From contig JAEOTE010000080.1 of NCBI GenBank assembly GCA_016839945.1, positions 1 through 10,415 of the forward strand: 10,415 bases of DNA, in the 5' to 3' direction. The notes beneath the pieces are model-generated. The model was not told the origin of the DNA and ran no database searches. It worked only from the letters and a program-made list of their open reading frames with translations. The translations under genes and the position numbers were made by a program. Below are positions 7,265 to 10,415 of this stretch, in pieces. How positions within the stretch are numbered: the stretch's first letter is position 1; each line of letters begins with the position of its first letter. This DNA is from Candidatus Heimdallarchaeota archaeon (GTDB taxonomy: Archaea; Asgardarchaeota; Heimdallarchaeia; Heimdallarchaeales; Heimdallarchaeaceae).

Positions 7265-7522
7265 ATGTCTTCTCCTAGAACATGTAAATGGAAGCAAGGA
7301 ATAACTCGTAAAAGTCCAGAAGGTGAGATTTTACCTTTGAATTTTCCGTGTAAGTTTTCAAATGATGAATTAACAACAGATCTATGCACCCTCTGCTTAT
7401 TGGGAGATATGTTTTCAATGTTTTATGCTCAAACAATGACAATAAAACAAAGTGCCAATATGCAAGAAGAAATTATGGCTTTCTTGAAAAATTTCACAAC
7501 AGAAGATTTCGATATGAGATAG
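7265..7522 (+). CDS. Small hypothetical protein with four cysteines (C7-x21-C29-x11-C41-x2-C44), possible metal-binding domain plus C-terminal helix
   Basis: Strong SD and a TATA-like box. Occupies otherwise free space and ends 2 bp from the convergent gene's stop. Confidence 0.8.
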   Translation: MSSPRTCKWKQGITRKSPEGEILPLNFPCKFSNDELTTDLCTLCLLGDMFSMFYAQTMTIKQSANMQEEIMAFLKNFTTEDFDMR

Positions 7523-7524
7523 AA

Positions 7525-10415
7525 TCAATATCTTCTTCTTATTCTCGAAATCAGCATAACAACCAAAACTACTACAGTAATAATTCCAGCGCTAATCAAA
7601 GGATAAATGTAATGTAGTGGTGAAAATGTTATTTTGGTATATTCTTCTGATATTGGAATGCTGATATAAATTGAGAATGAGAAAGAAGCCCAATTAAAAA
7701 TATTCTGTGAACCTTCAGTTACATTGGATGGAGACATTCTTATCAAAAGATTGCTTGCTTCTGAAGATTGTGCTTGAGCTGGAGAACTTATTTCTTCATA
7801 ATCGGTTGTATAGATTTCATATATTGATTGATAATTGACAACAAGTGGAGGTATTGTAAAGTTCCCAGAAAGATTGGTATAAGTCTCAGAGATAATAATA
7901 TAATCTCCTGGAGAGAGGGTAACATTGGCAAAACTTACTATAGTATGGGTTTGTTTTACATTGAATAATGGAGTTAAAACTTGAGGACTCATAAGATCGT
8001 GATAATAACTACAATTCACGGAATCAAGTGTATATTTTGAAGGATCTAGAATTTGATAAATTGATACATTTGTATCAGACAAACCTTCATTTGTTATTGT
8101 GTATTCAACATACAATTCTTCTTCGTTTTCTGAATGTGAATATGAAGTTGATATTGATATTTCGGGTAGTGGAAAACTGGGTCTGATCTGGTCTTGCAAA
8201 GAAATTGGTGGTAGAAGTATCCCAAAAGTTAATGTGGAACTCACAACATTATATGTTTCTCCTCCAAAAATCCAAAAAGTTGATCCACCAGTCCAAGGAT
8301 TTTCTATTTCTGTTGGAGTTTGTCCTTTATCTGATGTGAAACTAATCAGCGCGATGTATGAATTTAAACCAATATAACTATTAGCTAAAACAGAAAATTC
8401 TCTTGATAATTCCTCCCCTGAATTTATTTGATCAATCTCAAAAGATTTTACGACTATTACATCTGTTGGATGCCATAGATAATTGAATTTAATGTTAATA
8501 ATATCAACATGAACATCATAAGCATTAATAGTACCATAGTTGCTAATATTCAGTGTAAACGATACTACATCTCCAACTCTGTATGTTATTTGATCTGTAT
8601 TGAGAGAACTTTCCAAAACTGCTTCGTCATCCCCTATTTGAAGATTAAGACCATTGGTTAGACCAAAATATTCCATCCCATTTGCATCATAGTATATGTA
8701 TCTATTTCCAAGTGAAATAAAAGCTCCTAGACTTGGTTCATAAATACTTAGAAACCTTGCAGGATTGTTCATAGCAGCAAAAAGAGTTATCATTAGAGTT
8801 TGATAGTTACTTTCAGAGGTTTGAAATACAGCATATTCATCTTGACCTGCAAATTCTGTAAATATTGAAAAAGCTCCAAAAACATCACTAACTGTAGGTA
8901 TGTCATTTAATTTCCATGACAATTCTACACTTTCACCTATTCCGAGATATGGAATTTCACATTCCAAGTATCCACCAAAAATGTTCTCAACATAAGAGAA
9001 GTTGGAGGAGCTAAAATTGAATAAAGTTTTGTTATCATAGAATTCTGTGAAAGCAATTGTATAAGCTTCCTCAACAGCGAGAGTAAGTTGTTCTTCTACT
9101 AAAGGAATATGATACAATAATATTTCTTCAATACTATAAAGATCCAATATAGGTTGGATTCTTGTTATAACGGAATTGTATAAATCAGATGAAATCCCAG
9201 TAGAACAAAACACTGTAACATATTCATTTAATTCAAAACTTGTATTATCCATCCAACGAGCTAATGAAGCATTTGAGATGTATTCATACCAACCTCGAAC
9301 ATCGAGAACAGGAACTTCAAGATGATATATTGAAAAATCTATCTCTAAATTAACAAACGATGAGAAAGATTCATTTATAGCCAAATTATCATTTAGAATA
9401 GGTACCTCTATACCTTCAAGTACAAAGGATTCAAATTCCGAAGGAATTGGAAATATTATTGAAGTGTTATATGCAGCTTCATTACCTACATTTTCAACAT
9501 TATAAGTCATATTTAGTATCCCTGAATTTTCTAATAATTGATCTGAATACGATTGGGTAGCTATGACTTTAGGATAATTAAATTCAGCGGGAGTATTAGG
9601 ATTGTAAATTATTTCAGCATCAAAATTTCCATATTTTGTGAATGCTAAATATTTCAAAATCCACTCAAAAGTTCCAGTCATTTGTGATGCAAAATTATCA
9701 GGTATTGGAGAAATACTTGTAACATTTGCATAAAATGGAAGCTGGTAACTAAAAGTAGATGCAAATACAGAGGGATTTGGTTCTATTTTAGCTCCTAAAA
9801 CAGAACTCACATTAAACACATGTAGATTATCATTAATTGCTATTGCATTCTCTAAACCAACAATCGCACTTCTAATTATACGATGAACACTTCCTAAACT
9901 TCTCATTAATGTATATCCAAACGCGTATAGAGGAGGTTCTTGATCCAGAATGTTGGTTAAAACAGACACCATATTTCCATATGTAGGTGTGTAGTAAGGA
10001 GAGAATATCTCACTAAAAATCTGTAAAAAATCAGTATTGTAAAAAGAAGCTGCTAAAGAAATAATCGCTCCTCCAGTTTCAGTATATTGAATGTTGTATA
10101 TACTTAAACTAAGTTGATATTGATGTTCAACTAAATCGCTAACATAATTTATTATAGATTGAATTCTATCTATATTCGAAGTTCTTGTTGTAATTCGAAT
10201 CACTAATCCATCAGGAAATTGCCATAATGGGTTTGTCCAAATTCTTGCAAAAGAAGATTGATTTGATATAATAAAGTCAAATTGTGTAACAGAACTAAAA
10301 ACAGGTAGAGAAAGATCAAAAGATGTTGTTATTTCACCTCCATCTAGAAGAAAAGTAGCAATAACAGATTCATCTTTTCCTGCAATCAAACTAAGCTTTT
10401 CTTGTAATAGTACAG
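7525..10415 (-). CDS. Large membrane-anchored cell-surface glycoprotein with three CARDB/BatD/TRAP-beta-like Ig-fold repeats (5' end beyond window)
   Basis: The frame stays open upstream of TTG 10389 (VLLQEKLS-LIAGK) to the window edge, so the true start and any signal peptide probably lie outside. Repeated motifs TYNVENVGNEAAYN, TLNISNYGTINAYD and EYTITNEGLSDTN. C-terminal TM helix followed by SRIRRRY. Acidic, Ser/Thr/Asn-rich, with about 18 N-X-S/T sequons by hand count. Confidence 0.85.
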   Translation of the reverse strand, partial: VLLQEKLSLIAGKDESVIATFLLDGGEITTSFDLSLPVFSSVTQFDFIISNQSSFARIWTNPLWQFPDGLVIRITTRTSNIDRIQSIINYVSDLVEHQYQLSLSIYNIQYTETGGAIISLAASFYNTDFLQIFSEIFSPYYTPTYGNMVSVLTNILDQEPPLYAFGYTLMRSLGSVHRIIRSAIVGLENAIAINDNLHVFNVSSVLGAKIEPNPSVFASTFSYQLPFYANVTSISPIPDNFASQMTGTFEWILKYLAFTKYGNFDAEIIYNPNTPAEFNYPKVIATQSYSDQLLENSGILNMTYNVENVGNEAAYNTSIIFPIPSEFESFVLEGIEVPILNDNLAINESFSSFVNLEIDFSIYHLEVPVLDVRGWYEYISNASLARWMDNTSFELNEYVTVFCSTGISSDLYNSVITRIQPILDLYSIEEILLYHIPLVEEQLTLAVEEAYTIAFTEFYDNKTLFNFSSSNFSYVENIFGGYLECEIPYLGIGESVELSWKLNDIPTVSDVFGAFSIFTEFAGQDEYAVFQTSESNYQTLMITLFAAMNNPARFLSIYEPSLGAFISLGNRYIYYDANGMEYFGLTNGLNLQIGDDEAVLESSLNTDQITYRVGDVVSFTLNISNYGTINAYDVHVDIINIKFNYLWHPTDVIVVKSFEIDQINSGEELSREFSVLANSYIGLNSYIALISFTSDKGQTPTEIENPWTGGSTFWIFGGETYNVVSSTLTFGILLPPISLQDQIRPSFPLPEISISTSYSHSENEEELYVEYTITNEGLSDTNVSIYQILDPSKYTLDSVNCSYYHDLMSPQVLTPLFNVKQTHTIVSFANVTLSPGDYIIISETYTNLSGNFTIPPLVVNYQSIYEIYTTDYEEISSPAQAQSSEASNLLIRMSPSNVTEGSQNIFNWASFSFSIYISIPISEEYTKITFSPLHYIYPLISAGIITVVVLVVMLISRIRRRY

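Noticed and set aside
7384-7617. 77-aa Asn-rich plus-strand ORF
   Set aside because: Overlaps both the 85-aa gene and the surface protein; the Asn run is the antisense of the Ile/Val TM codons.
8099-8377. 92-aa plus-strand ORF
   Set aside because: Antisense shadow within the surface protein gene.
10387-10389. TTG 10389 as the true start of the large surface protein
   Set aside because: The frame is open to the window edge, and there is no signal peptide or SD at this position.
1-10415. CRISPR arrays, tRNA/rRNA genes, IS elements
   Set aside because: Intergenic gaps are all under 150 bp and AT-rich, with no regularly spaced repeats, cloverleaf-like GC-rich stems or transposase motifs.

Overview
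AT-rich archaeal window, most likely from an Asgard archaeon. This is inferred from the start of a Rab/Ras-like small GTPase at the left edge, an archaeal class III signal peptide pilin, and archaeal BRE/TATA and GGTGA/AGGAG signals. Left to right: the 5' end of a Rab-like small GTPase missed by the ORF track (1..58, minus); an M20 metallohydrolase; a solitary type IV pilin-like protein; a GT-C fold polytopic membrane glycosyltransferase; a small helical hypothetical protein; an MrfA/Hrq1-type (DUF1998) SF2 helicase with an extra N-terminal zinc ribbon; a divergently transcribed 85-aa four-cysteine microprotein (the only plus-strand gene); and a large membrane-anchored, sequon-rich surface protein with three CARDB/BatD/TRAP-beta-like repeats that runs off the right edge. 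I saw no RNA genes, CRISPR arrays or mobile elements. No multi-gene system can be proven from this sequence. The best candidates are a pilin plus dedicated GT-C glycosylation module, a TRAP-beta-like multidomain surface protein, and a helicase plus Cys4 microprotein divergent pair. Family assignments come from motif recognition, not database searches.
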